Assembly: GCA_963779755.1 (NCBI GenBank)
Contig: CAVZZO010000003.1
Location: forward strand, 320,001 to 384,000
DNA length: 64,000 nucleotides
Direction of reading: 5' to 3'
From: an uncultured Gemmatimonadales bacterium
Lineage (GTDB): Bacteria > Gemmatimonadota > Gemmatimonadetes > Gemmatimonadales > GWC2-71-9
Shown: piece by piece, positions 30,580-41,093 of the stretch
Layout: every line of letters starts with the position of its first letter
Numbering within the stretch: the first letter of the stretch is position 1
The notes under the pieces: generated by a model
What the model was told of the DNA's origin: nothing
The model's input: the letters and a program-made list of their open reading frames with translations, nothing else
Database searches by the model: none
Program-made: the position numbers and the translations under genes

Positions 30580-31173
30580 TCAGCGCGTGGAGCAGGCCAT
30601 CCGCGCCGAGCGGGAGATCAGGAGATCGACCGTCAGCCGGGACGGCGCCGCCCTCACCGATCGCAGAGTGATGTCCTGCGGGGCCGGACAGCCGAAGCCG
30701 CGCAGCCGCGGGCCGGGCAGGGTGCTGTCGCGCGCCGCGAGGGCGAGCCGCCCGGCCAGATCCCACGGATTCTGCCGGATGGCGTCGCGCACCGAGGTGG
30801 CGAGACGCCCCACGATGGTGGAGCAGACCGGATTAGGGGCGGCCAGATTGACATCCGTCAGGCCAAGATAGTTGCCGATCAGGATGGGACGCCCGCTGAT
30901 CTGGACGTCGCAGGCCATCATTCCCAGCCGCGCAGTGCCGAAAAACGTCACCTGGCTGCTGGAGATGCCGACATCATTCACCTGCAGTTCGCCCCAGCGC
31001 AGGCCGGCGCCATCGGCCAGGGCCTCCCGGGCCAGCTCCACACCGTCCGATGGAACCAGAGTGATGCTTGCCTGACGCGGAGACTTTCCGGACTGGGCGA
31101 GCGCGGCAGAGGCAGGGATAGCGGCGAAAATCGCACCGAGCAACACGGCTCGGCAGAACACGTGCGTAAACAT
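30580..31173 (-). CDS. Hypothetical exported protein
   Basis: Signal-peptide-like AVLLGAIFAAIPASAALA. Confidence 0.5.
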   Translation of the reverse strand: MFTHVFCRAVLLGAIFAAIPASAALAQSGKSPRQASITLVPSDGVELAREALADGAGLRWGELQVNDVGISSSQVTFFGTARLGMMACDVQISGRPILIGNYLGLTDVNLAAPNPVCSTIVGRLATSVRDAIRQNPWDLAGRLALAARDSTLPGPRLRGFGCPAPQDITLRSVRAAPSRLTVDLLISRSARMACSTR

Positions 31174-31237
31174 CGCCGAAAGATGAGCCCGGACCGCTTC
31201 CCGCGCCAGAGAAGCGGAGGCACCCGACGCCCCGCCC

Positions 31238-31284
31238 TTGACGGGTCCCGTCCCGGGCCCTAGCTTGTGCTGAAAATTCAGCAC
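31238..31284 (+). promoter_or_regulatory. Sigma70-like promoter followed by palindromic operator, probably for the BlaI-like repressor
   Basis: TTGACG-N17-TAGCTT then GTGCTGAAAATTCAGCAC at 31267-31284. Confidence 0.7.
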
Positions 31285-31297
31285 CCGGGAGACCTCG

Positions 31298-31684
31298 ATG
31301 GCTCAGGTCAAATCCGCCCTCAGCCGGCGGGAGCGCGAAGTGATGGACGTGCTGTATCGCTGGGGGGAGTGCACCGTGGCAGAGGTCATGGAGGCGCTGC
31401 CCAATCCTCCCACCTACTCCGCCGTCCGGTCCATCCTGCGGGTCCTGACCCGCAAGGGACACGTCGTCTACCGGGAAGACGGACCCCGCTATGTCTATGC
31501 GCCGGCGGTGGAGCGCGACCGCGCCCGCACCGCCGCCATTGATCACCTGGTGAACACGTTCTTCGAGGGATCGGCCGAAGGAGCGCTGGCCGCCTTGCTG
31601 CGGCGGTCGGATCTCGAGCTCAGCGAAGAACAGGTCCGCCGCCTGGCGCAGAGCATTCGCCGGGCCCGCGAGGAAGGACGCTGA
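31298..31684 (+). CDS. BlaI/MecI/CopY family transcriptional repressor
   Basis: LSRREREVMDVLY, YSAVRSILRVLTRKG, LVNTFFEGS. Confidence 0.93.
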   Translation: MAQVKSALSRREREVMDVLYRWGECTVAEVMEALPNPPTYSAVRSILRVLTRKGHVVYREDGPRYVYAPAVERDRARTAAIDHLVNTFFEGSAEGALAALLRRSDLELSEEQVRRLAQSIRRAREEGR

Positions 31685-31686
31685 CC

Positions 31687-33648
31687 ATGCACGACCTGGC
31701 CCCCCTCTGGACCGTGAGCATGCTGCTCAAGATCACCGCCGCGCTGCTGACGGCGTGGCTCGTCACTCTGGGTCTCCGGCGTTCCTCCGCCGCCCTCCGG
31801 CACCTGGTCTGGAGCGCCGCCCTGCTGGCGGTGCTCGCCCTGCCGCTTCTGTCCGCCCTGCCCTGGCGGCTGCCCGTCATCCTGCCGCAGCAGGCAGCCA
31901 TCGAGCATGCCGGCTCGGGCGCCGGCGACTCGCCGGCCGGTACCGGCATGGCAGCGCCCGAATCGGCTCCGCAGGAAAGGACGGATGGTGCAGCGCCGGC
32001 CATCTCGCAGCCGATCAGCACCACACCTGCCCGGGGTCGGCCCTCCTGGCCCGTCCTTCTGGTCGCCATCTGGGCAGCCGGCGCGCTCATTCTGCTGGGC
32101 CGTCTGGGCGTAGGCGGCTTGGTGGTGGCCCGGCTGGCGCGCCGGGCCACCCCGCTGGATGTGCCGGAATGGACTCGTCCACTGGTGGAGGGAGCCGACC
32201 GGCTGGGGCTGCCTCGGCTTCCCGCGCTCCTGATGAGCCATCGGCTCCCGATGCCGTTCGCCTGCGGGCTGTTCCGTCCCACCATCATCCTGCCTGCCGG
32301 CGCCGACGAATGGGACGACCGGCGGCGCCGCGCGGTGCTCTGTCATGAGCTGGCCCACCTCCGCCGGCTCGACCTGCCGGTGAGTCTGCTGGGCCAGATC
32401 GCCTGCGCCGTGCATTGGTTCAATCCGCTGGTGTGGATGGCCGTGCGCCGGATGCGTATCGAGAGCGAGCGGGCCTGCGACGACCTGGTGCTGGGTGCCG
32501 GCACCCGGCCCTCGGAGTATGCCGACCATCTGCTGCAGATCGTCTGCCGTTCCGCCCGTACCCGGCCCCCCGCCGTGGTTCTGCCCATGGCCCAGCGCCG
32601 GGAATTCGAGGGACGTATGCTCGCCATTCTGGAGCGCGATGCGCGCCGCGAGCCGCTCACCCGGCGGCGCGCGGCCGGTCTCGCCGCGCTGACACTGGTC
32701 CTGGTGCTGCCGCTGGCCGCGCTGGCCCCCGCGACGGGATCCTCCGCCGCGAAGCTGCCGGAGCCGGCGTCCCGGAACACTTCAGAGACGGCGGAACCCC
32801 TCCCCACGACCACCAACCGGGAGGTGCGGGTGGACTCGTCCACCTCTACCCCCAGCCATCGGGAGCAGGAGACCCGGACGGTGACCTCCAACTCAGCCGC
32901 GCCGGCACCAACGCCCGCTCCCGCGCCTCAGCCCTGGGACGGGAAGATTCGCAACCTGGCCGCCGCCGCAGCCGACACGAACGATCCACGGGTGGTAACG
33001 GGGCTGCTCCACGCGCTGGAAGATTCCGTACCCGCGGTCCGCGCCAATGCGGCCTTTGCCCTGGGGGAACTCGCGATCCGGTCCGCCGCGGGCCCCATGG
33101 CAGCCCGCCTCCAGCGGGAATCGAACAGCCAGGTCCGCGACCGGATCATCTGGGCCCTGGGCCAGTTGGAAAGCCGCGACGCCGTGCCCGCGCTGCAGCA
33201 AGTCATTCAGCGGGATTCCAGCGAAGAGCTTCGCAGCAAAGCCGTGTGGGCCCTGGGGCAGATTCAAGATCCCGCGGCCCTCCCCGCCCTGATCACCGCC
33301 CTGGGCGATCGCTCGCCGGAGGTGCGCGGGAAGGCAGCCTGGGCGCTGGGCCAGCTGGAGCCTCGAACCGCCCCGAAGGAGCTGATCGCCGCGTTGCGGG
33401 ATGGCTCCGCCGAGGTGCGGCGGCAGGCCGCGTGGGCGCTGGGCCAGATCGAGGACACCGCGGCGGTCGCCGGACTCATGACCACGCTGGGCGACAGCGT
33501 GACCAAAGTCCGGCGCACGGCGCTCTGGGCACTGGGCCAGATGGAGAGCCCAGTCACCCAGCCGGCCCTGCTCCGGGCACTCAACGATCCGGACCCTGAA
33601 ATCCGCGCGGCCGCAGCCCACGCTCTGGGTAACACCGGCGGCAACTGA
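31687..33648 (+). CDS. M56 (BlaR1-like) metallopeptidase with C-terminal HEAT repeats
   Basis: HELAH zinc motif, HWFNPLVW, ERACDD; repeated WALGQ units. Confidence 0.92.
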   Translation: MHDLAPLWTVSMLLKITAALLTAWLVTLGLRRSSAALRHLVWSAALLAVLALPLLSALPWRLPVILPQQAAIEHAGSGAGDSPAGTGMAAPESAPQERTDGAAPAISQPISTTPARGRPSWPVLLVAIWAAGALILLGRLGVGGLVVARLARRATPLDVPEWTRPLVEGADRLGLPRLPALLMSHRLPMPFACGLFRPTIILPAGADEWDDRRRRAVLCHELAHLRRLDLPVSLLGQIACAVHWFNPLVWMAVRRMRIESERACDDLVLGAGTRPSEYADHLLQIVCRSARTRPPAVVLPMAQRREFEGRMLAILERDARREPLTRRRAAGLAALTLVLVLPLAALAPATGSSAAKLPEPASRNTSETAEPLPTTTNREVRVDSSTSTPSHREQETRTVTSNSAAPAPTPAPAPQPWDGKIRNLAAAAADTNDPRVVTGLLHALEDSVPAVRANAAFALGELAIRSAAGPMAARLQRESNSQVRDRIIWALGQLESRDAVPALQQVIQRDSSEELRSKAVWALGQIQDPAALPALITALGDRSPEVRGKAAWALGQLEPRTAPKELIAALRDGSAEVRRQAAWALGQIEDTAAVAGLMTTLGDSVTKVRRTALWALGQMESPVTQPALLRALNDPDPEIRAAAAHALGNTGGN

Positions 33649-33701
33649 CGGCTGAGAAACGGGACAACCCGTTCCTCACAGAGTATTCCCGTATTCCGTG
33701 A

Positions 33702-33717
33702 TGCTGAAATTTCAGCA
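33702..33717. promoter_or_regulatory. Second copy of the palindromic operator
   Basis: TGCTGAAATTTCAGCA just upstream of the GAGGAG RBS of the HEAT gene. Confidence 0.7.
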
Positions 33718-33729
33718 CCATCAGAGGAG

Positions 33730-35298
33730 ATGCTCATAATGCTCACCGCATCCAACAACTTCTTCGCGCTCACCGCAGGGCTGGCCCTCATGTGCAGCCT
33801 GCGGTCCGGCGGCACGGCAGATCAGGCTACCGTGCGCGCTCCCCGGAGCGACGAGGCGGAGCTGGCGCGTACCGTCCTGGCCGCCTCGCGCGGAGCTCCT
33901 CCCCTGCTCTGCGCGCTGGCCACTCGTGCGGTGGAGTCCCGCTACGGCCGCTGGAGCGGGTTCCCCCCGCCCGCCGGCGGCTCCGATACCCTCCCTGCGG
34001 TACGCTGGGCGCTGAGCGACGATCCGGGCGCCGCTGCCCTACCGGTCCTGGTGGCGGCCCTGAATGACGAGGATCCCTGCGCCCGCGGCCTAGCCGCGCG
34101 GCTGATCTCCCGGTCGGAGGATCCCGCGGCCGCGGCCGGCATGCTGCGGGCGCTCTCCTCCTCCACGCCGGGAACCCGGGTCGCGGGAGCCGTGGCGCTG
34201 GGAATGGCGGAGGTCCCCGGTGCGTTGCAGCCGCTCCTCAACCGGCTGGGCGACGGCGACGCCGCCGTGCGCGCCACCGCCGCCTGGGCGTTGGGAAACT
34301 ACGATTCCCTCCGTGCCGGACCGGCGCTGCGGATGCTTCTCCGGGATCCTGTCCCGATGGTGCGAGGCGCCGGGGCTCGCGCGCTGGGACGGCTGGAGGA
34401 CACCACGGCGGTCGAGGCGCTGGCGCGGCTGCTGCGCTCGGACTCGGATGAGCGCGTGCGTATCGCCGCCGCGGAGGCTCTGGGGCAGATCGAATCGCGC
34501 GCCGCGGTGGGGGCGCTGACGGACGCCCTCGCCGACCGGAGTGCGGATGTTCGCCGCACCTCCGCCTGGGCTCTGGGGCAGATCGAATCGCCCGATGGGG
34601 TGCCGGGACTGATCCACGCCCTGGACGATGCCGATCACGAGGTGCGCGAGACGGCGATCTGGGCGCTGGGCCAGATCGAAGACAAGACGGCGGTGCCGGC
34701 CCTCTCACAGCGGCTGCAGCGCGACAATTCGCCGACGGCGCGCAAGCAGGCGGCCTGGGCCCTGGGCCAGATCGAAGATCGGTCGGCGGCCGGCGCGCTG
34801 GGCCACGCGCTGCAGACCGACACCAATGCCGAGGTTCGCAAGACCGCCGCGTGGGCTCTGGGACAGATCGAAAGCAGAGATGCCGTTCCCGCGCTCTCCG
34901 CCGCCCTGCGAGACAGTTCGGCGCAGGTGCGGGCGACCTCCGCCTGGGCCCTGGGGCAGATCGAGCCGGATCACGCCCCCGACGGGCTGGTTCCCGCCTT
35001 GAAGGATGGCTCGGCCGATGTGCGCAAGAACGTCGCGTGGGCCCTCGGCCAGATCGAGGACCGCGGCACCATCCCCGCGCTCCGGGATGCGCTGAAAGAC
35101 TCCGATGGCGAGGTTCGCCGCACCGCGCTGTGGGCGCTCTCTCAGATGGACGACGACTCCGCACGGGAGATATTCGTCGACCAGCTCAAGAGCGATGACC
35201 CGCAAATCCGCGCGGCCGCTGCCCGGGCGCTGGGCCACGGCAGCGCCGGCCCGCGTCCCCGGCCGCATCCCCGGCCCCAGCCGCGTCCCTTCCCATGA
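33730..35298 (+). CDS. HEAT/PBS-lyase repeat protein
   Basis: More than ten tandem VRxxAAWALGQIE repeats. Confidence 0.88.
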   Translation: MLIMLTASNNFFALTAGLALMCSLRSGGTADQATVRAPRSDEAELARTVLAASRGAPPLLCALATRAVESRYGRWSGFPPPAGGSDTLPAVRWALSDDPGAAALPVLVAALNDEDPCARGLAARLISRSEDPAAAAGMLRALSSSTPGTRVAGAVALGMAEVPGALQPLLNRLGDGDAAVRATAAWALGNYDSLRAGPALRMLLRDPVPMVRGAGARALGRLEDTTAVEALARLLRSDSDERVRIAAAEALGQIESRAAVGALTDALADRSADVRRTSAWALGQIESPDGVPGLIHALDDADHEVRETAIWALGQIEDKTAVPALSQRLQRDNSPTARKQAAWALGQIEDRSAAGALGHALQTDTNAEVRKTAAWALGQIESRDAVPALSAALRDSSAQVRATSAWALGQIEPDHAPDGLVPALKDGSADVRKNVAWALGQIEDRGTIPALRDALKDSDGEVRRTALWALSQMDDDSAREIFVDQLKSDDPQIRAAAARALGHGSAGPRPRPHPRPQPRPFP

Positions 35299-36032
35299 TC
35301 AGGGGCGCCTCAGGCCTCCGATGGCGAAGGGCGGCCCTGCTGGGCCTGCTGCTGCCCGCGCCCACCGCCGCCCAGCAGCCCCGGCTCCATTGTGGGCCCT
35401 GGGCGGTGGCCGGCGGCACTCACGACGGCACCCAGCGCTGGCGGCCGGCAGGGAGCGCCGTCAGGCCCCTGATCCTGCTGGTGACAAACGGTAACGGAGA
35501 AGCCGCCGACACCCTGTTCGCACGCTACCTGGCGAGCCAGGGATACGATGTACTCCGGGCGGGAGGCAGCCCGTCGCGCCTGAGCTCCCTGCTTCAACGC
35601 CTGGCGACACCGGGACAGTCGGCCGCCGGTGTGGCGGTGCTGGGATCAGGGAGCGGTGCCCAGGTGGCGGGTGTGATCGCGCGCCGAGTCGCGGCCGTGC
35701 GGGCGCTGGTGGAGATCGAACCCGCTGCCGGAAGCCCGCCGCTGCCGCCGAGGATCTCGCTGCTCCGCTTTCGGCGCCCCGGCTCGTCGCAAACGGTGAC
35801 GCCTCCCGGGACGGAACGCCTCGTCGTCGTCACCCCGTCGAACGGCCGTCCCCATCATGCCGGCGTGACGCACGCATTCCTGGATCGCGTTCTGCGCGGG
35901 CTGGGCGAGCCCCTGCCGGTGCTGGCCCAGCGGCTTCAGCGCGCCGGCCTCCAAGCCGGCGCTTCGGATGCCGTCCGCCGCGAGCCGGCCCCACAGACAC
36001 GGAGGGTGCTGCGAACGGCCGCACGGCAGTAG
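35295..36032 (+). CDS. Hypothetical exported protein, possibly degenerate alpha/beta hydrolase
   Basis: ATGA overlap; LASQGYDV and VAVLGSGSGA motifs. Confidence 0.5.
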   Translation: MIRGASGLRWRRAALLGLLLPAPTAAQQPRLHCGPWAVAGGTHDGTQRWRPAGSAVRPLILLVTNGNGEAADTLFARYLASQGYDVLRAGGSPSRLSSLLQRLATPGQSAAGVAVLGSGSGAQVAGVIARRVAAVRALVEIEPAAGSPPLPPRISLLRFRRPGSSQTVTPPGTERLVVVTPSNGRPHHAGVTHAFLDRVLRGLGEPLPVLAQRLQRAGLQAGASDAVRREPAPQTRRVLRTAARQ

Positions 36033-36099
36033 ACTTCCCGGCACAGGCCGAGCCTCACCCCGCCGTTAACACGGCCGCGTCCCCGGCGTCACCTGAGCC

Positions 36100-36990
36100 A
36101 TGCGACCTTCAACAATCGCCCTCCTTTTCCTGATCGCAGCCGTAACGCCTGCCGGAGCCCAGCAACTCCCGCTGGGCGACGGCCACGTCTCCGACCATCC
36201 TGAAACCGGTTACGTATATGCGTGCCAGAGCAGCTTCCGGGTTGGCGGGGCCCGTCACGATGGACCCTGGATTCAGGATGCCCGCTGGGATCCCGCGGCG
36301 AAGCCGCACGTGAGCGGGCGGGTCATGTGGCCGCAGGCCAGCTTTGTGATGTCGTCTTCCCACGGCGACGCTCTGCTGATGGTTGAGGGCAACGGGCTGC
36401 CGGTGAATCAGCCGACGGGCACGTTCCCGATTTCCCCGAGTGACCCTGTCTACCGCTACGATACCAATCCCAACACAATTGCCGGGCAACACCTCGACTT
36501 CAGCATTCCCGCGGCGCCGGAACGGGCCGACCGGCCGAGTTGCCTCCCCATGGGCATGATCGGGTTCACCACCACCGGGGTCGCCATCTACAACGCCCTG
36601 GACGACGCCGGGCGCGATGCGGCCGCCCACGAAATCCAGGACCTGTGCGACGGCCATCCCCAGGCCCGGGGACAATACCATTACCACAGCAGCTCCCCTT
36701 GCCTCCCCGGGGCCGGAAGCGATTCCGTGGTGGGCTGGGCGCTGGACGGCTATCCCATCCTGGGGATGCGCGACGCCCGCGGGACTCTGCTGACCAATGC
36801 CCGCCTCGACGCGTGCCACGGCCGCGCCGAGTCGCTCACGGTGGATGGCCGGACCTACGACTACGCCTACCGCCTCACCCGGGAGTATCCTTATATGCTG
36901 GGGTGTTACCGGGGAACCGTGCCTTCGACTACTCTCCGGGCCATTCGCCGGGGGCTGGGTCCGCCGCGCCGCGGCGCGGGACACCCGTGA
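36100..36990 (+). CDS. YHYH domain protein
   Basis: DLCDGH, GQYHYH, GWALDGYPI, LDACHG. Confidence 0.88.
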   Translation: MRPSTIALLFLIAAVTPAGAQQLPLGDGHVSDHPETGYVYACQSSFRVGGARHDGPWIQDARWDPAAKPHVSGRVMWPQASFVMSSSHGDALLMVEGNGLPVNQPTGTFPISPSDPVYRYDTNPNTIAGQHLDFSIPAAPERADRPSCLPMGMIGFTTTGVAIYNALDDAGRDAAAHEIQDLCDGHPQARGQYHYHSSSPCLPGAGSDSVVGWALDGYPILGMRDARGTLLTNARLDACHGRAESLTVDGRTYDYAYRLTREYPYMLGCYRGTVPSTTLRAIRRGLGPPRRGAGHP

Positions 36991-37037
36991 GAACGCTGCC
37001 CTGAGACCCCGACGTCGGCGGCAGAGCAATGCGACAC

Positions 37038-38546
37038 TTATCCTCGGCGGGTGCCGCCCAGAATGCCGCCCAGGATGCCGCGCATGATCTGGCGGCCGAC
37101 CTGGCTGCCGACGGTGCGCGCAGCCTGCTTGGCCATGGCCTCCACCATGCCCTGGCGGCGGCCGGTGCCCCAGAGAAGACTGTTGAGGCCGCCGCCCTGG
37201 TGTGGCTGGGATTTCCCCGCTTCCCCCCTGGGTCCCTGAGGGGCCGGGGCGGGAGCGGGCGCCCCTTCCGCGGCCGCCGCCCGGCGGCTCAGGATTTCAT
37301 AGGCCGATTCGCGGTTAACCGCGGTGTCGTACTTCCCTCCCACCGGGCTGCGTGAGCGTATGGCGGCACGTTCTTCGGTCGTGATCGACCCCATGCGGCA
37401 GCGCGGCGGACACATCAGGGTACGCTCGACCGGGAGTGGTATCCCCTTCTCCTGCAGGGTGGATACGAGGGCCTCCCCCACCCCGAGTTCCGCGATGACC
37501 CTGGCGACGTCGACCCCCGGATTGGCGGCGAAGGTCTCTGCGGCAGTACGGACCGCTTTCTGGTCTCGCGGGGTATAGGCCCGCAGGGCATGCTGGATCC
37601 GGTTGCCGAGCTGTCCCAGGATCTCGTTCGGTACGTCGTCCGGGAACTGGGAACAGAAATACACCCCTACGCCCTTGGAGCGGATGATGCGCACTACCTG
37701 CTCCACCCGCTGGCGCAGGGCGGGGGGCGCATCATCGAAGAGGAGATGTGCCTCATCGAAGATGAATATCATCTTCGGCCGTTCCAGGTCCCCGACTTCC
37801 GGGAGGTTCTCGAACAGCTCGGAGAGCAGCCACAGGAGAAAGCTGGAGTAGAGGTGCGGCTGGAGAACAAGCTGGTCGGCCGCGAGAATGCTGATGACGC
37901 CGCGGCCCGAGAGATCGGTGCGCATCAGGTCGGCCAGGTCCAGCGCCGGCTCGCCGAAGATGCCTTCCCCACCCTCCCGATCGAGGCCCAGCAGGGCGCG
38001 CTGGATGGCCCCGACGGACGCGGTGCTGACCAGGCCATAGCGGGTGCTGATCTCCTGTCGGTGCTCGGCCACGAAGCCCAGCAGGGCGCGGAGGTCGTCG
38101 AGATCGAGGAGCAGCAGACCCTGGTCGTCCGCCAGCTTGAAGCCGATCTCCAGCACGCCCTCCTGGGTGCCGTTGAGCTCGAGGATCCGGCTCAGCAGGG
38201 CCGGCCCCATTTCGCTCACCGTGGTTCGGACCGGGTGCCCCAGTTTGCCGAACAGGTCCCAGAAGAGGACGGGACTTCCTTCCGGGGCATACCCCTCAAT
38301 ACCAATCTGCTGCACCCGCTGCTGGATCTTCTCGTTGGCGGCCCCGGGCATGGCCAGTCCCGCGACATCGCCTTTCACGTCGGCCATGAAGACCGGAACC
38401 CCGAGCCGCGACAAGCCCTCGGCCAACAACAGCAGCGAGACGGTCTTGCCCGTTCCGGTGGCACCGGCCACCAGGCCGTGCCGGTTGGCATACCGGGCCA
38501 GCAGGTAGACCTGGTGTTCACCGTTGCCGAGGAGGATCTCGTTCAC
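37038..38546 (-). CDS. HerA-like ATPase (DUF853/YjgR family)
   Basis: ANRHGLVAGATGTGKT, FDEAHLLF, IRSKGVG, LGNRIQHALRA. Confidence 0.92.
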   Translation of the reverse strand: MNEILLGNGEHQVYLLARYANRHGLVAGATGTGKTVSLLLLAEGLSRLGVPVFMADVKGDVAGLAMPGAANEKIQQRVQQIGIEGYAPEGSPVLFWDLFGKLGHPVRTTVSEMGPALLSRILELNGTQEGVLEIGFKLADDQGLLLLDLDDLRALLGFVAEHRQEISTRYGLVSTASVGAIQRALLGLDREGGEGIFGEPALDLADLMRTDLSGRGVISILAADQLVLQPHLYSSFLLWLLSELFENLPEVGDLERPKMIFIFDEAHLLFDDAPPALRQRVEQVVRIIRSKGVGVYFCSQFPDDVPNEILGQLGNRIQHALRAYTPRDQKAVRTAAETFAANPGVDVARVIAELGVGEALVSTLQEKGIPLPVERTLMCPPRCRMGSITTEERAAIRSRSPVGGKYDTAVNRESAYEILSRRAAAAEGAPAPAPAPQGPRGEAGKSQPHQGGGLNSLLWGTGRRQGMVEAMAKQAARTVGSQVGRQIMRGILGGILGGTRRG

Positions 38547-38712
38547 AGCGGAACCTCTGCTTCAGGAGGTGATGGCCGAGCAGATCGCGGCAACCGGGTT
38601 TCCAGTTTCGGAGGACTGACCGCTGCCGGCGGACCGGAGGAGCCGGTGCGGTAGGATATGAGTATGGGCCCGGCAGGTCCAGTAGCTCGCGCCGGCGTTG
38701 GCCTGCTCCCCG

Positions 38713-39219
38713 TCAGCGGTCGGGGGGAGCTTCGGGCCAGACCGCATCCGGGCTCGCGGGCGGCGGTTGATTGGCGGACACGTTGTCGGCCCGGATCTCT
38801 GACATGAGGAAGTCTTCCGGCGCCACCGGCGAGCCGCACAACCGCCGCAGCATGGCCAGCTGGCCGACATGCGTCATGGCGTCGGCGAAAGGCCCCTGCA
38901 GCAGTTGTTCCTCCGTGGTGTCATGCAGCCGCCCCCCGCCGGCCAGCCGGCCCGAGAGATCGTCCAGCATCTGGTGGAATCGCGCGACCTCGGCATCCAG
39001 GTCCCGGAGCGGCTCCGGACGATACCGGCCGCCGGTGAAGCGGGTGAGGGCGTAACCCAGGACGCTAGTCATGTGCCTAACCAACTCCGACGGCGTGCGG
39101 ACCTGATGTCCTGCCGTGAAATCACCGAAGCCTACGGGAGCCCCGCGCAGGGCTTTCTGGGTCCGGTAGGCAAGCGCCGCCAGGAAGTGGCGCAGCATCT
39201 CGCGCCGGGCATCGGGCAT
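38713..39219 (-). CDS. DinB-like protein
   Basis: LRHFLAALAYR, LVRHM, DAMTHVGQLAMLRR. Confidence 0.75.
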   Translation of the reverse strand: MPDARREMLRHFLAALAYRTQKALRGAPVGFGDFTAGHQVRTPSELVRHMTSVLGYALTRFTGGRYRPEPLRDLDAEVARFHQMLDDLSGRLAGGGRLHDTTEEQLLQGPFADAMTHVGQLAMLRRLCGSPVAPEDFLMSEIRADNVSANQPPPASPDAVWPEAPPDR

Positions 39220-39309
39220 GGTCGGTCTCCGATTGACGGCGGCCCCCGGGCAGCACCATTCGCTGCGGTCCCGCCGGGCCAATGGACAGCCGAGTTGGTA
39301 GCGCCGGGT

Positions 39310-39630
39310 TCAGTGCCGGGCTGCAGTCCGCCGCGCCTGCGCGGCCGCCCGTCGGCCCGCCGCCAGTGCCGACAACACCACCGTGCTCAACACCAGTGCC
39401 AGGCCGCCCAGGATAAAGACAAAGAGCAGCAGCATCCAGGCCGCCGACCAGTCGAGACTGCCCGCGAAGGTGGGCAACGCCGCCGTGACAATCAGCATTC
39501 CGGCGGCAACCGCGCGGATCACGTGCCATATCCGAGGAGCGCGGGCCTTTACTCTACCCGCAGCCACGGCATCATACACTCCGAGGGCGGCCAGCGCGGC
39601 CACGACCAGAATGGAAAACCAGGTGACCAT
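39310..39630 (-). CDS. Hypothetical membrane protein
   Basis: Three TM segments; GGAGG RBS. Confidence 0.6.
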   Translation of the reverse strand: MVTWFSILVVAALAALGVYDAVAAGRVKARAPRIWHVIRAVAAGMLIVTAALPTFAGSLDWSAAWMLLLFVFILGGLALVLSTVVLSALAAGRRAAAQARRTAARH

Positions 39631-39821
39631 AGATATCTCCTCCGCGTGTGTTCCGGGGGGAGGGCCCGGCGTCCCCCCCAGTCAACCTTGGGAGCTGGCG
39701 CTGCGCTTGCCTCCGATCCGCTGCGCCGTATCACCCGCGGTGCGGCGAGCGCCACCGGGCGCGAGCCGCTTCCGCCCTCCACGCCGTCGGCGGCAGGGTC
39801 CCGGTAGATGGCGGGTCGCGA

Positions 39822-40163
39822 TCAGCCCCAGAAGATGCCCGTCGGGTCACGCTCCACCTCACGAAACAGAATTCCGAACGACCCGGCAACCGGCAGCGGC
39901 TCGTATGAATGCCATTTGAGATCGCTCCGCTGGCAGTACAGCTGCCATAGCTCGCGCGTGGCATTGTATCGGAACTTGGCCACCGCGTGCTCCAGCCACT
40001 CGCTCGGATCATTCCAGGCCGGTCTCACCTCGAACAGCACGACATCGCTCCCGGAAATTCGAAACCCATGGCGCAACTGATGCCGCACGCGCTGGGGGAC
40101 TCGGTCGCAGAACGCCGCAAGCTCCCGCTCGATCCGCTTGCGATCCAGATCGCGAATGGCCAT
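39822..40163 (-). CDS. DUF3024-like protein
   Basis: VAKFRY, WQLYCQRSDLKWHSY, DPTGIFWG terminus. Confidence 0.8.
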   Translation of the reverse strand: MAIRDLDRKRIERELAAFCDRVPQRVRHQLRHGFRISGSDVVLFEVRPAWNDPSEWLEHAVAKFRYNATRELWQLYCQRSDLKWHSYEPLPVAGSFGILFREVERDPTGIFWG

Positions 40164-40403
40164 GTAATCTCCGTGTGTGACAGGGGAGGCCAGGCGCCTC
40201 GCGAACGATCGGCGCTTCAGCGGCCCGGGGCCGCCTAGGCCCCCCGACGCCGTGGCCGGCGACGAGGAGAACTGCTGCACCAGCCCGGGCAGTGCAACCT
40301 TCCCAGGACTGGTCGCCGGCGGCCGCGGCGACGCGCCGAGGTCGACTCAGCGCCGTCCTGTGCGGGGGCGACGCCGGCACTGAACCGTTAGAGGCGCTCC
40401 CAC

Positions 40404-41093
40404 TCAGCCCTTGTCGCTACCGATGACTCGATAGATCCCGGCTCCGAGCACACCGCCAATGACCGGAGCCACCCAGAACAGCCACAGCTGCGAAATCGCC
40501 CAACCGCCGGCGAACACCGCCACGCCGGTGCTGCGCGCGGGGTTCACGGAAGTGTTGGTAACCGGGATGCTGATCAAGTGGATCAGGGTAAGGCACAACC
40601 CGATTGCGATCGGCGCGAAACCCTGTGGCGCCCGTTTGTCGGTAGCGCCAAGAATGACGAAGAGAAACATCATCGTCATGACCACCTCTGTTATCAGGGC
40701 GGCCAGCAGGCTGTACCCGCCTGGCGAATGGGCGCCGTACCCGTTCGACGCGAAGCCTGCAGATAGATCGAAACCTGCCTTACCGCTGGCGATGAGATAC
40801 AGAACACCACCCGCCGCGATGCCACCCGCGACCTGTGCAACGATGTAGGGTAGCAACTCCGTCGCCGGGAACCTACCACCGGCCCAGAGACCTACCGACA
40901 CCGCCGGGTTGAGGTGGCAGCCGGAGATGTGCCCGATGGCGAAGGCCATGGTGAGCAGGGTCAGGCCGAATGCCAGTGCGACGCCCAGCAGGCCGATGCC
41001 GACATTAGGGAACGCGGCGGCCAGAATGGCACTGCCGCACCCGCCAAGCACCAGCCAGAACGTTCCGATCAACTCCGCGCCATACCGTTTCAT
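40404..41093 (-). CDS. aqpZ: Aquaporin Z
   Basis: [11 protein letters not shown] and VNPARS motifs; [13 protein letters not shown]. Confidence 0.96.
   Translation of the reverse strand: MKRYGAELIGTFWLVLGGCGSAILAAAFPNVGIGLLGVALAFGLTLLTMAFAIGHISGCHLNPAVSVGLWAGGRFPATELLPYIVAQVAGGIAAGGVLYLIASGKAGFDLSAGFASNGYGAHSPGGYSLLAALITEVVMTMMFLFVILGATDKRAPQGFAPIAIGLCLTLIHLISIPVTNTSVNPARSTGVAVFAGGWAISQLWLFWVAPVIGGVLGAGIYRVIGSDKG

Noticed and set aside
33730..35298. DNA repeats TGGGCxCTGGGxCAGATCGA as a nucleotide-level element
   Set aside because: Fully explained by HEAT-repeat protein coding.
37038..38546. HerA-type anti-phage system
   Set aside because: Sequence fits the housekeeping-like DUF853/YjgR family and no nuclease or Sir2 partner is adjacent.
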